Shown one piece after another: positions 40,811 through 53,800 of a stretch of 64,000 nt of DNA. Position 1 is the stretch's first letter. The number at the start of each line of letters is the position of its first letter. Under the pieces are notes generated by a model. That model made no database searches. It had not been told where the DNA came from and was given only the letters and a program-made list of their open reading frames with translations. Source of the DNA: Balanoglossus misakiensis (lineage: Eukaryota; Animalia; Hemichordata); contig CM082577.2 in NCBI GenBank assembly GCA_040954595.2, positions 13,213,903 to 13,277,902 on the forward strand. Direction: 5' to 3'. The position numbers were made by a program, and so were the translations under genes.

Positions 40811-42229
40811 TCGAGGAGGTTGTTTGGGGTATGGTAGGGCTGGGGAAAGTATGGCTTTTTCAGAAATGTATGTCTATTACTGAATCACTTAGCAAAATAC
40901 AATTATACTCGGACAATTAAAAAATAAACTGTACAGTATATTGGCGGATAGTGACAAACTGAATCGATTCCACTACAGTAACTTTTGCCGATAAAATGGG
41001 TAGAACTTAACGGTGTGGATTCTATTGATAAATTAAATAGTTAACGGTGGCTGTAAATAGAAACACAAAAAGGCAGCACCAGGTACAGTCAAATTTTAGC
41101 CGCACAAAGAGAGATATCACTCGGTAGTCCGCCAACCTGTGTCACTCAACCAACATGTTTGCTTTTAAATTGTAGTGGAATGTGAACTTGTGACCTGGCA
41201 TTCATAACTCACCCTCACAGTCCCATTTTAACGCCACATAAGCTGCAACTGGATAAAGAAAAATTAAGCTTTAAATAATCTCGGATATGCTTTTAATTCT
41301 GTCTATTACATGATATAGCTTGATAATATATGAAGATAACACTCTTTATAGCAAAATAGCCCAACAATTAAAGAACTATATATGAGTACTATCTTTCAAG
41401 GGCCGGGTGACACCTACAGACATTTCGAATGAATAATTGTCTCGGCCACCGAAGCGTATGCCACAGATGCAGAGCCGCCACTGTTATAACCTGGTCACTT
41501 GGTTGTTGACAATGCATCCGCGGGTGACCGACGATAGAGAGACCAACGCCTGGCTGTGGCAATTTCAGAGGAAAGTGGTACTGATGCAGGTTTCAAGTTA
41601 CGTCTTTTTAGAATTTATAAAGCACAGACAACCGTGGTCAAAGTAATGAGAAAAAATATAAAACTCAAAATCAGGAAAGGGGTGTAATTGATCAAGATTG
41701 AAAACACTATTTTGCTTTTTATCTTGATTTGACAACACGACAGCAGGACAAAATGTACGTTTTACTGAAAACAGTCCATGACCGACAACGTTGATGTTCT
41801 GTCGTGGTTAAATTGACAAGTTTATAGTCTGAATGTCACACCGGCTGCTGATTTTAGTTAATCTAAGTTTAATAAGCAGCAGGAACTACCATCTTTGATT
41901 CTTCCTTAACACGTATGTCTTCCAGCAGTCAGAATCCGCGGCCAAAGCGACCGGCCACCACAGCTCAGTGCGTACAGCTAACGGCCTTCAGTCCTTCCGC
42001 TGACTCGAGTCGGCTTTTGCTGTAGCATAAAGCTAAGTACTGTATTGAACACAGTTCAAAGGTTGTTAGATGAACACCGTTCGGTCGAGTGGTTTTGTGT
42101 GTGATCCATGTGGCTAAATGTTGTTGTCAAAAGTGCATGAGCTCGACTCTTGTTGACTGTAATTTTATAACCATATTACCACAGTTTGCTTTTCTTTTTG
42201 AGATATGAATATCTGGTCTAACTGTGAAA

Positions 42230-44601
42230 TCATGCTAAAAACAATGTTATGCGATTCTCAACAAGTTCTGAAACGGCAATCTGGGGATTGGAAAGTCTGC
42301 TGACGGCAATCGAGGACGGTGCGCGAATTTTGACGCCGCCTATGTTGTGTAACCACTGTCCTTGCGGGTCATACTTCACGATTCTTCGATTTCCAGCGTC
42401 ACAGACATACACGTTGTCATTGGCGTCGACATCGAGTCCCTGTGGATCCTCTAGCTGACCGTTGCACGACCCTTTGGAGCCGAACGATGTCTGATAGGTG
42501 AGATCCTCAAAACTAAACACCTGCAAACGATGGTTGTCTCTGTCTGACACGATTACACGGCCTTCGCTGTCGACAGTGACCGATTCCGGCCATTTGAATT
42601 TCCCCTCGGCTGTGCCTTTCCCTCCCGTTTCACCGACAAAAGTACCGTCATCCGTGTATTTCAAGACTCGGTGATATTTGACGTCGGTTACAATGGTGAA
42701 GCCTTTGTGCACTGTTATGCCTCGGGGTTCTATGTCTTCCTTGCTACCAAATGCTCGAACAACACCATCGTGTTCGTTCCAGACGATTACCTGACTATTT
42801 GCGCGGTCGGTGAAGATAAAATTGTCGCCAGACATAGCGACATCCCACGGGCGGAATGGCTTGTAAAATGGACTCTTCGGTGTGATGGTCTTTCCAGATG
42901 TATGATTTTCGTCAACCACGTAAAAATTGTTCTTTCTACCCGTATTCACAGCAACCAGGCTATTATCTCCACGGAAGAAAACCCCACGCGGTGCATCAAA
43001 TCGTTCACATAAGACACATGTCTCGTAAACTGGCCCGGACGTTTCTGTAGTAAAAGCAAAGGAGCGTTTAATCAACCAGTGCTAAAATAATCCGTAATAG
43101 AACGGCATAAAGGACTGATTAAAATAATGTATGGTTCACATTTGGATATTGGAGCAGTTCTTATTTTATACACGACTTTGTAATTGTAACTAAAAAATTG
43201 TGAAAGTAAAGTTTTTAATTGAACATTTTGTCATAAATCTTTAGTGGCATATTTTCAAAATAATTGTTACAGGCACGTATATAAGAAATGTATTTAATCA
43301 ACTAGAATTACCTGCTGACGTATGATAAATTATCTCTTAAAAATGTGTCACTTGGCAGTATTATTTGCCCCCCCCCCCACATCCTTGCCTTTGGCTTGTA
43401 TTATTATGCCTATGATAGGAAATACCCCAATGCCCTGATTACCTATATGTCTTTCCTTTTCTGCATCTGTGTCTTTCCCCTCAAATAGTCTCTTATCACT
43501 TGACTCAAACTGACTTGTGTCTCGGATTCCAGGAGTCTGTTTTTCTGGCGTCAATGGTGATGTATTTCTTGCTTGATGTTGAACCTTGAAATTCTCCAGT
43601 TCAGAAACGGCCGATTTCACTGGCGTAAAAAAATAAAAAGGTGTATGATAGGAGTATGCATGTCTAGGTGGAATAACAGGCCGGTCAAACAAAATATGCT
43701 TACAAACAGTTTTACTAGGTATCAATGATTTGCTATATTTGTTATTTGCAGCTAATTTGTTTATTTTTAAAATATGTTTTATTTTTTTTACATCACAAAT
43801 CAACACAGTAGTCTACGTCTTCTGTGTAGAGCTTATTAAACCATGTTGTCATACACGGCGAAATGGTTTTGACCATTTTACCTGCATCTTTGACGATTTT
43901 ACCAATTTCTTCTTTCCGGAGACTTTCATTCGTTTCATTGATAACCTTGTTTTGTCCATTTTTAAATTTGTTTTCGGTCTGTAGGACTGATAGTGTTTCA
44001 CGATTATCATTTACTTTACTTCCCACGCCTTTGCCTGAAAGATTAACAACACTTCTGTGTTATTTCCCTTCTTTTCCAATATTAGTGATCAGCTTACAAA
44101 CTCTGGCTAATCGGTCAAAATACATGTAGAAATTTGTCTCGGACCAAACAGTACGGGTGCCAAATGCGCTATTTATCGATTCTGAATAGATTATGTCCGA
44201 GCATCTGCTTCTTCAGTGAGATAACTCTTTTACAAACAACTTCAATTGGAACTGTCATGCTTAACTACGGTATAAGTTCATTACTTACTGTAAGCAGCCA
44301 CGTTGGTGTCAGAGTGGTCATTTTTAGTCATTTGGGGTGTTTTGAAATTCTCTACCATCTCCTTTAATTTGGGCAGTCGCATTTCTCCGAAAAGTTCTTT
44401 TAATAGATCAAGGTTGTTCTCTGATATGTGCCCCAGCTCTTCCAATTTTTCGAAGACTTCATATGACCGTTTTAAACTTCCCCTATCACGTGCTTTTATT
44501 TGGTTTACGAGGAGGCTTAACATCCTGTCAATATTTTCGTCGACGATCTCTTCATCCAGATTATGAAACAAGCACTTAAGTGGATTTATCTGATTTGCCA
44601 T
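42230..44601 (-). CDS. DED-linker-NHL repeat protein (~485 aa), exons 44601-44289, 44034-43882, 43619-43443 and 43044-42230
   Basis: Exon 1 is a DED (VFEKLEELGHISENNLDLLKELFGEMRLPKL). The last exon has NHL repeats (FKWPESVTVDSEGRVIVSDRDNHRLQVF; LEDPQGLDVDANDNVYVCDAGNRRIVKY). All three introns are GT-AG and phase 1. The joined CDS is 1458 nt and open. A frame-neutral 24-nt micro-exon near 43312-43335 is possible. Confidence 0.8.
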
Positions 44602-45102
44602 CGCCGGCTTAAGTGCCAAAGAAAACATATAAAGGCCTAATTAGTATACTTGTACTCTAATCACAATGGGTTCAGTCAAAAAAAACATTTCCCATCACAC
44701 AAGACGCTACACCAAAATGAATATAGCCAACACTGCAAACTGTTATAAACAAAATATGAAAACCTGCATAGCTGGCAGAGGTTTCATAACAATACCCGTT
44801 TTCCGTAGGAAAGGACAGGCAGATTTTAATTAATTTCGCTTATGCGACATTGGGTTGAGACATGACATTTACAGATTACATAGTCCTCGGGTTGCATATG
44901 ACAACTCCGGCATACAAAATAGTAGGAATGTGGCAATATTTTCCTTTTTTTGAAGCGCTCTCAGTTCGAAGAAATATTGTCAGTGTATATGAACAAGTAC
45001 AATTTGCCTTACCTTTGGCGTGGTGGATGGTCAAGGCGGAAATTATCAGTTTTGTTCTCAAATCTCGTGAGTGTTCAGTGCTGTGTAAAGGGGCGACCCC
45101 GT

Positions 45103-45386
45103 GTCACGTGATTCGTGGGATTTTCCCGAATGAGTCAGGTGCTGAACGGCTGTCGCGAACCAACAAAACATGAAACAAGATTATTTCATACTAGTCGTCG
45201 AGAGCGTTAAACTATAAAAAGCTATCACCGTGCTTGATACATTGTTTGACACCGGCAATACTTCCAAAATCTTATGTTCACCTTACCTTCTGCGTGATAT
45301 GTGGTGGTTGGTCTCGACGGGGACGAGAGCCGAGTGTTCTTTGCAAAGGTATGACCTACATGTCACGTGATCTGCGGGGATTTCCC
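45103..45386 (-). promoter_or_regulatory. Tandem E-box/NF-kB/AP-1 promoter modules of the DED-NHL gene
   Basis: GTCACGTGA at 45103 and 45362. kB sites GGGATTTTCC at 45117 and GGGGATTTCC at 45376. TGAGTCA at 45131. Donors GTAAGG at 45012 and 45286. Confidence 0.6.
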
Positions 45387-45470
45387 GAATGTGTCGCGCG
45401 GAGATGATCTGCTGAGCCACTGTCAAACGTAAACAGATGACAGTTGCAATTTTTTCAGCAACCATATTCC

Positions 45471-45947
45471 TAGCTGTGATACGCAGCTGTACCGTAAGGG
45501 GGGGGGGGGGCTGATTACTCACGGACAGCTGCGGGCCGACCCCCAGGCCCATACTAAACGTGCAGTTGCACTATACCCGAGTACATGGGTTAACACTCCG
45601 GCAGCGGACGTTGACCCTCACTCGCTTATGTTGTGCGAGGTCTCATTAGCATATTAATGGCAGTCACTTCCAGCGGGTAGTACTCCTTCGAAAATCGGCT
45701 GAAATACCGTAAACAGACCAGTGATTTTTTCACGAAAGGAGTTTTGGGACCAGAAATAATCAGAGTTCAGGCTTGTATAGGGCGTTTTATTGAAATACGC
45801 TCAGTTTGTTTTCTGTTGCCGTTCAAACGTTACTACGCCAGTCGCGGCGGTGCAACTGCACGTTTAGTATGGGGGTCGTCCTGCAGCTGTCCGTGGGGTA
45901 ATCAGCCCCTCCCCGCCCCCCAAAGGTACAGCTGCGTACCGCAGCTA
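45471..45947. mobile_element. MITE with ~95-bp TIRs (TAGCTG...) and 9-bp TSD
   Basis: TAGCTGTGATACGCAGCTGTACC at the left end and GGTACAGCTGCGTACCGCAGCTA at the right. TSD CCATATTCC at 45462-45470 and 45948-45956. Confidence 0.9.
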
Positions 45948-48251
45948 CCATATTCCTAGTATAATAGAACTGTATCAAATTGAGTGCTTACATTTGGCCA
46001 ACAGATATTCCTAACCTGCAAGCATGTGGCTTTAAAAACGCTTGCTTTCGACATACATAGACCCTTTCTCTAGGGTCTATGCTTTCGATCACAATTTGTT
46101 TCCTCTTAAAATAATTTCACCGACATTGCGATCTTGTACCCATGCATGCCATGAAGACTATAATTTGAATCAATTTGAAAGCCGATAAGCAGTGGAGTAT
46201 ATGGCATGCAATAACAACAGCAGTTTGACAAGTTGGAATGATGGTATCTCAACATCTCAACGCTATGAAACGAGACATGGCCCTGTTACGGGAGCTGCTT
46301 AAAACCAATGATGTCCTCGGACAATGAGTTTTATCTTATATTCAGTGTGTATTGCATAGAGAGGGAGAGAGAGGAGGAGGCGGGGTGGGGTGGGGTCTGG
46401 AGCTAATCTCGCTATGTTCATCTGTACTTCTCGTCGAATAATGAACGCGTGTACATAGCAACAGTCAGCCATCGGTACGAATCAAGATTAAAATCACAAT
46501 TTAAGTATTAATCCGTTTAATAAGTAGGAACGATTGACGCATACATTTGTTTTAACGATTCACATGTAAAAATCGTCGACGTAAACAAGAACCAATTTAG
46601 ATGAGAGAAAAAATCACCCAACTCATCGCTGGCAGTACTCGAAAGTGGGCTTTCCTCGGCTGTGCAGTCTGCATACACAGATGTTTGAATACCGTCAATA
46701 CGGTCTCTGATCACATAATATGCAGTGTGATTTGTCGTTTCATCACTATTACAGGATGTGCCACTTGTCAGTAATTCAATGATGTTCTGTGTGGGTGTCA
46801 TTGGCACGTTTCAAATCTGGACAGTTTCTGATCCACTGATTAAAGATGCTTAAATAGGCCATGTTTAACGATTATAATTCCATTTACATCCCTTGTCTTT
46901 ACCTGTAACATTAACACCACATTTGTTTTAAATGCCATCATTTCTAATGTTTAAAGGGGAAAAGTCTCTCGTTTTGATGTAAAAACCCACTTAATACTTA
47001 CTCCAAATTAATGAGTAACTCATATGATGACCCCACATGGCTTGAAGTGTACGGTGAACTTCCACGACCAAGAACTCGCGACCCGGGACTGACGGTGCCT
47101 TCCCAACGCCAAGCTTAGGAGCGTTTGATTTCATTCCAACATTGAATTTCCGAGAAACCAAATGTTTCATCCGCCCTGCAGTTTTCCAGGGTCCTTTAAG
47201 TGTTTATGCTGATGCAGTGAAGTGTGGGCGACCACATAAGCGCGCGTTTTCCAGTACCAGACGGCAACATACACTTGCATGCGCACGTACTCTATGAATT
47301 GAAGTTCGCGCTCAAATACACGGTACAGACGATTTATTGATTTTGGTGAGTTTTTACTCTCGTATCTACAATCGGAATGGTAGTTGTGTGTGGTTGAATT
47401 TTGATTTACTATATATCCATATGTAAAATAATATAAACAGTGTCTTCTACCAGTGAGACATAATTCATGGGAAAGGGACAGCGAGAGAGAGACCTTGTCC
47501 CTTTAACGATTCACTAACCTGTCCGAACGAGACATCGCCTTCTTTCTAATGAAGTTGAAAATCACAACAAAATATATCCCACGAGTTGCATAGTATGCCT
47601 TTCCGCATACATTCTTTTATTTACCAATCAATCATTAATTGAAGCTTTGAATTACATCATATAACCAACAAAACGGGACAAATCACGACACAAACAAAAT
47701 GAACACAAGAGACATTGCAGGCCCTGACTATGAAAAGAATGACACTAGCCTAAGCAATAGTTTAATGTGAATAACAACAATGCAATAGTATCTGCCAGGT
47801 GGTTTTGAGGGCGTAGAGTATGTATACCACTATTAGTCAATTTAATATTTGAGCCCGATTTATAAATCCTCCATGTCTCTGACATGTTGTTATGTTTTCT
47901 TTATGTGTAACTGGTTTATGCGTGGACAATTTTTTTCAGGTTCTATATATTCGAGGCGTTCTCTTTATAACTAGTGTAAAAAATAGAAGTAGCTCGCCAG
48001 GTGAATAGAGTTTATGACGACAAGATCTGGATCATGGTAACCTGTTCCAAGCAACTAAACACTGACTTATACCAGGCGGAGATAAAATGGCCGATATCTC
48101 CGTTAAATTTTGAAATATTTTCATTTTCCTGAGTTTAACAATTATATACATCAAAAGCAATGTATTTTAAAAAACAAAAAATGGTGTTCCTGCCATCTCT
48201 TTTTGTATGTCCTACAATTTCACTGGTGTCTTTCTTCTGTCAACTGCTTAA

Positions 48252-48750
48252 AGGCACATAAGCTGCAACTTTTGGGATAATTATCGTAATTTTTGTTTAT
48301 AACTGTACTACCATCAGTCCATGCAGATGAAGGCAGTGAACTATACACAAGCATTGTCAACCCTAAATATGAGTGCATATGCAAGTTTTAACCAGGTGAA
48401 TAACAAAGCTTTGCCGCAAGCGAATATGGCCGCCCGTGGGAAAATGCAAGAAACAATGAAAAAGTTGCATTTCCGGTTGTGAAACTTCATAACAAAACAT
48501 GATCTCATGCACTCGAGCTCATGGAAGTAAATGTACACAGCTGAGACATTATATTTTCCTTTTTATTTTGCAATATTGCACTTTTTTAAACATTGCCGGA
48601 ATTTTCATCTTTCTTAAATTTTGGGCCATTTTGTCATAAATAAATGTTGAGCTTGATATTATCATGAAATATCATTTAATGGACATAATTAAAAGCATAT
48701 ATGAGATTATTAAAACTTTAATTTTTTATCCAGTTGCAGCTCACGTACCT
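48252..48750. mobile_element. Kolobok-type non-autonomous element with TTAA TSD
   Basis: TTAA|AGGCACATAAGCTGCAACT ... AGTTGCAGCTCACGTACCT|TTAA. A partial copy of one end lies at ~41232-41335. Confidence 0.8.
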
Positions 48751-48797
48751 TTAAATTGCAATTTTTCTGCTTAATGGTGGTAATACATGTATGTCCT

Positions 48798-49085
48798 CTA
48801 AATAGGTGCAATATGTTCGGCTGCTTGATATTCCTTTATCATCTTTATTAATTTTGGCATCTTCATCGTCTTGAAAAGGTTTATTAAGAGATCAAGGTTG
48901 TTCTCTGATATATACCCCAGCTCTTCCAATTTCTCGAAGACTTTGTATGACTTGGTTAAATTTTCGATGTCACGTGGTTTTATTTTGTCGCTGAGGAGTG
49001 CCTTCATCTCGTCAAATGTATCTCTGACGATCTGTCCATCCAGGTCGTAATACAAGCGTTTGAGTCGATTTATCTGATTTTCCAT
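48798..49085 (-). CDS. DED-only protein (95 aa), paralog of the DED-NHL exon 1; could be a pseudogene
   Basis: MENQINRLKRL...VFEKLEELGYISENNLDLL aligns to 44601-44289. A stop codon precedes the position of the paralog's splice donor. Confidence 0.7.
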   Translation of the reverse strand: MENQINRLKRLYYDLDGQIVRDTFDEMKALLSDKIKPRDIENLTKSYKVFEKLEELGYISENNLDLLINLFKTMKMPKLIKMIKEYQAAEHIAPI

Positions 49086-49392
49086 CGCGGGCTGAAGTAT
49101 CTACGAAAGGAAAGTCAGAATCAGTATAGTTGTGTGATGATCAAAGTTGTGTCACTTTAAAAACAATTACATTTTCGCCATCACGCATCACGCTCCATCA
49201 AAATAAACATAAAATTCACTGTCAATCTTTTGAGTCGATTTATCTGGTTTCCATCACGAGCTGAAGTATGTACGAAAGGAAAGTCAGTATCAGTTTACTT
49301 GTGTTATAATCAAAGTTGTGTCACTCTCAAAAACAACGGCATTTACGCCATCGAGCATAACGTTACATCGAAATAAACATAAAATTCACTGC
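49071..49392. repeat. ~170-bp direct duplication of the DED start/acceptor region
   Basis: TTTGAGTCGATTTATCTG...CTGAAGTAT.TACGAAAGGAAAGTCAG...AAATAAACATAAAATTCACTG is present twice. Confidence 0.8.
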
Positions 49393-50204
49393 CAACAGTT
49401 AAACGTTGTACATGTTTCATAACAATACGGTTTGCCATAGGAAGATACTAGGAAAAATTACTAAATGCGTTCATTATGAAACGACGAGCGATCTTTTTGT
49501 GTGTGTCATGGACATAAAAGAGAGGGGTCACCAAGGGTGATTTTTGCAGCTATATCTTCTGGGATGGAATTCTGATAGCAAATAGAAGTAGTTTCCATCA
49601 ACTTGTATCACCTGTACACCAATGGTTGAGACCAGGTCCGACATGCTACAACAATCACACTTGACATTTTTTTCCAGAATGCACTATTTTGAAGCCCGGC
49701 AAATTCAGTTTATTTTTGATTTTAACAAAGGCGGGTGAAGCGACTTCTATTAAAGAGTGCGCGTGGCGATGAGTCACCCGAAATCTTCTACGTTGCATTG
49801 GATTAAGATGTGGCGTCTATAGATATAGCGTCTTTCCGTGGTGCATATGACATGACAACTCTAGCGTATACAAAATGTTAAATATGAGGAATTTTCTATG
49901 TTTCAAATTATCACATTTACGACGAAAATCTGTCGTTTTGCAACTGTCCATAATTGGTTTATTAGTCGAAGTATTTAATACCATGGATGAATACGATTGA
50001 CTCTATGCTTTGCGTTGTAGTTTTACGACCGGACTTTGGATTATAAGGGAAATTTAGCAGTAATGACATGATACGACTGTGTGTGGTAACTTGATTGTAA
50101 TGCTTACCTTATTACCTTTGGGTAGCGGCGGCTGGTCTCACCTGAAAATAATAGTTTTTTCTCAAAACCTTGAAGTGTTCAGTGATGTACAAAAGAATGA
50201 CCCC

Positions 50205-50500
50205 CGTGTCGCGTGGTTTGTGGGATTTCCCCGATTGAGTCATTTGCTGAACGACTGTGCCATGTTAAAAGACAACATAAAAGTAGATAGGTTCATAACT
50301 ATAGTCGTCGACCGCCTACCAAAAAACAATAGCCTATCGCCGTGTTTTATACCTTGTTTGATACCGGCAAAGTGTGAACAAAGTAAAGTTCACCTTACCC
50401 TTTGGGTAAAAGTAGCTGGTAGGGCCGGAGACGAGACCCAAGCGTTCAGTGCTGTGTTAAGGTATGACCTCCACGTCACGTGATTTCAGGGGATTTCCCC
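50205..50500 (-). promoter_or_regulatory. Tandem E-box/NF-kB/AP-1 promoter modules of the DED-only paralog
   Basis: GGGATTTCCC at 50222 with TGAGTCA at 50236. GTCACGTGA at 50475 with GGGGATTTCC at 50489. Donor GTAAGG at 50398. Homologous to 45030-45390. Confidence 0.6.
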
Positions 50501-50813
50501 TATCGAGCCATATGCCGAAACAGAAACAGAAAATGTTGATAGTTTCACACTGATAAATTTAATCTACTCGTAGAATATGGCTTAATGGGGAAGATTCTGA
50601 AGGATAGACAGAGAGGTTGAAGGTTATTTTTTATATTGTGGAAAATATGTGAAACTCGGCAGCTCATGAGGCTTTAAAAGCGTTAATGACAGTGACAACA
50701 AAACTCTCAAGACATTGAAAACTGCCGCAGCAGGTTCGTGAAGCCCTGAGAAAATATGTTATGTCAATATCTCAATAAAGACCAAAATTTCCACACAGTG
50801 AAAAGAGTTATGT

Positions 50814-53800
50814 TAGGGAGGCCAATGGGTCTATTTCCACATCAAGATAAAATCACATGTTTGAGTTGTAACAATAACATTGTTGATGGCATGAATCATG
50901 TACTCTGTGTGTTTTTCTTATGTCTGTTGTAAGAATAATTCAGTGTAAAAATTTCAGAGCTTTGGCGGACTTAAAAATTATAGAAAATTTGGGCTGAATA
51001 TTGCAAATTGAGTGATTTCCCACAATTTCAGGAAGGTGCACAATAGGACAAACTTGCCATTTTAGGACCAAATTTTACAAAGAAAAACCACGGAAATCAA
51101 TCTTTTTTCAGTATAACTTGGACAACAAATACCCAAATAAAGAAAAAATAACAACAAATTATCACAAATATGATATGACTTAGACATATACGCTTTTAAA
51201 AATATCAATTTTATCGTTTGCCACTAAAAAATGGCCAAATTTGGCCAAAAAAATCATTTTTTTTATTTTTGAGTGAAAGTCAATGAAACTTTCAGATATA
51301 TTAGTCCAATACACAAAATAATGATTGACGCTGAAAAAATTAATTTTCTGGCAAAAATATGCAAATTATATGATAATCCTATGCAAATTAGATGTTTTGC
51401 CGGTAAGCAAATTTACAGATTTCCAGGGGTCTAATAAGCAAAAATAGGGCAGTTCATGCTATTTTGACATATCCTGCTGAAAGGGCATCAAAACATGTTG
51501 CATATCTATTATTTGCATCATTCAACAACTTAAGAAATGTTGATAACAATCAGCTGGAAATCTTAACTTTTTATACTCTGGACTCACCCACTAGGTCAAA
51601 GGTCATACATGCTTTTCAATGAGCCCTGCTAGGTTTGTTGTCAAATTCGAAGCACCAAAGCCACATTTTCCTCTTTTTTTGCCTATTTTCACATATTTAA
51701 ACATTCACAGTTATCATTTTATGATAATTATTGCAAATTTTCCACTCAATTGAGAAAAATTAGGCATTTCAACATGACTGAAGGAGTTAAAACAGGTTAT
51801 CGTGACAGGATATATTGAGAGGTACAGCCAAAAAGTTTCTACACTATACACCTTACCAGCTTCAGGATAGATTAAACAAAAGTCAAAACAGTTTTTCTGT
51901 TGGCGTTGCCTTTACATGTTTGTTTGCACATTTGGGACTTTATTTGATCAGCTTTGAAAGAGGTAAGTTATCTGATAATGGCTGGTCATCATCATCATCA
52001 TCATCATCAGTGTCACGGCGACATATTTTGGAAAGAGGTAAGTTGTCTGATAATGGCTGGTCATCATCATCATCATCAGTGTCACGGCGACATATTTTGG
52101 AAAGAGGTAAGTTGTCTTCAGACTCCTCATCAGAAGTGTATGACTTTGGTCTGATGATTTGAACTAGAGGTAAGTTGTCGTCGTCATCATCTGATGAACT
52201 GTCCATGTTCACAACAGTTACCACAGAGGGATTTTTTTCCTTAAATTTGGGCATTACATTTGTATTTGTTTTCACAAGTTGTAACAATAGCTTCCTTTTC
52301 TGTTCAACTGTTAATTTTGATCTTCCTTTCAGTCTTTCAGAGTTATTAATGTTTACATCTTCTGCAAGTAAATTCCAAAGCTGTAGTTGTCTGTTACACT
52401 GTGCACCACTTAATTTCCGGATTTTCTGTTGGTCTCTGATCAGTGTGTCTTCAGCTAGCTCTTTTCTCATTTCTGCCTGTTTCATTTCCTTCTTTTGCAT
52501 AACTGCTTGGCGTTTCCTGATTTTTTCTTCTCGTTCCTTCTTCTTAATCTCCTCTAGAGCAAGAAGCTGCCTATCCTTTGTTCCTACCATTTTGTGCTGT
52601 CTCTTTGCTTCTTTCTGTGCTGTATGGACAAGTTTTTCTTTCAGTTCTTGGTCTTGTCTCATTGCCCAATCAGTCGCCTTGTCACGCTTTGCACGAACCA
52701 CTGACGACAATGACATTGGGTTACTAGACGGGGCTGATTTACTCATCTGATCAAGAAGACCAAAGTCACTTTCACAAGGATCATTTGTTGCCCCTGGCAG
52801 TAGACTGGCAGCTTGAATCTGCTGTTGAGTTGGCACTGCAAATTCACCCCCTGGTAGATGCTCTCTAGCATGTTGAGCCAATTTCTCCGCTCCAGCAGCA
52901 CAACACACTTTTAAGATTTCCTTTACCTTATTATCTGTGTCATCTGGACGTCGAACTTCTAACATATACATTTTGTGACTCTCATTTCTCACTGCATCTG
53001 TCCAAAGTTTCTCACTTCCTTCAAAGAGACTTTCTGGATCTTCACTCCATTCTTTCAGTTTCTTCACACTTGCATCATAGATTTCATTCATTTCAAGTAT
53101 GTGTTTTACTGACTTTGTTTTTACCATTAAAGGCAAACAGACTTCATAGTAGAGTATTGCATAAGCTCTTTCCTCTGCCATGATACGAAGATCATTGTAA
53201 CCATCATACACACTGGCTTCCAGCTTATTCCAGTGACCTTTTGAATCACGCTGATCCACAAGAAAAATCTGGATAAACTGCCTACCTACATATGTTGGGA
53301 GGCTGTTATGAAAGTAGATGAGGTAGCGAGACCCAACAATAGGAGTGAAAAGCTGTGAGGCCGATTTCTTGAGTGTGTCCTGTGACAAACAGAATGCCTT
53401 AAAGTCTTTGCCTTTTGCATATTCCTTTTTACTCTGTTCACACAACAATTTGTCCGCTTCATAAATGTGCTTCTTTGCACCTTGCATTCTCCTGAAAGTG
53501 CTATCATGATCATCAGCATACAGGTATTTAACAGCAGCTTTATTCATGGCTTCAGTCATGTTTGTCAATTTGTGTGCACCACATGTGAATGCATGAATTC
53601 TTATTTTTTCATCTCTTTCTGTTTCAGTCATTTCATTCCATGTTGGTAGTAGGCGTTCTAATTCTTCTGTCTTCATTTCACATAGCAGTTTTGTTAACTT
53701 TCCTTCCGTTGCAGCTCTATCTGACATTCTTGCTTTGAAATTGATTACATTATATGTTTCTTCCACATCTTGCAAATTCATGTCTGTGCCTAGTCTCTGA

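Noticed and set aside
43348-43806. 152-aa stand-alone ORF
   Set aside because: Only 43619-43443 fits as an exon of the DED-NHL gene; the rest is intron read-through.
46517-46807. Possible downstream linker exon of the DED paralog
   Set aside because: It is exon-like in composition, but the DED ORF stops before any donor and no NHL or other domain follows. It cannot be supported without transcripts.
46951-47200. Possible TTAA-flanked Kolobok MITE
   Set aside because: The termini match over only 3 bp.
50079-50483. 134-aa plus-strand ORF
   Set aside because: It overlaps the duplicated promoter, and the homologous region at ~45.0-45.4 kb does not keep the frame.
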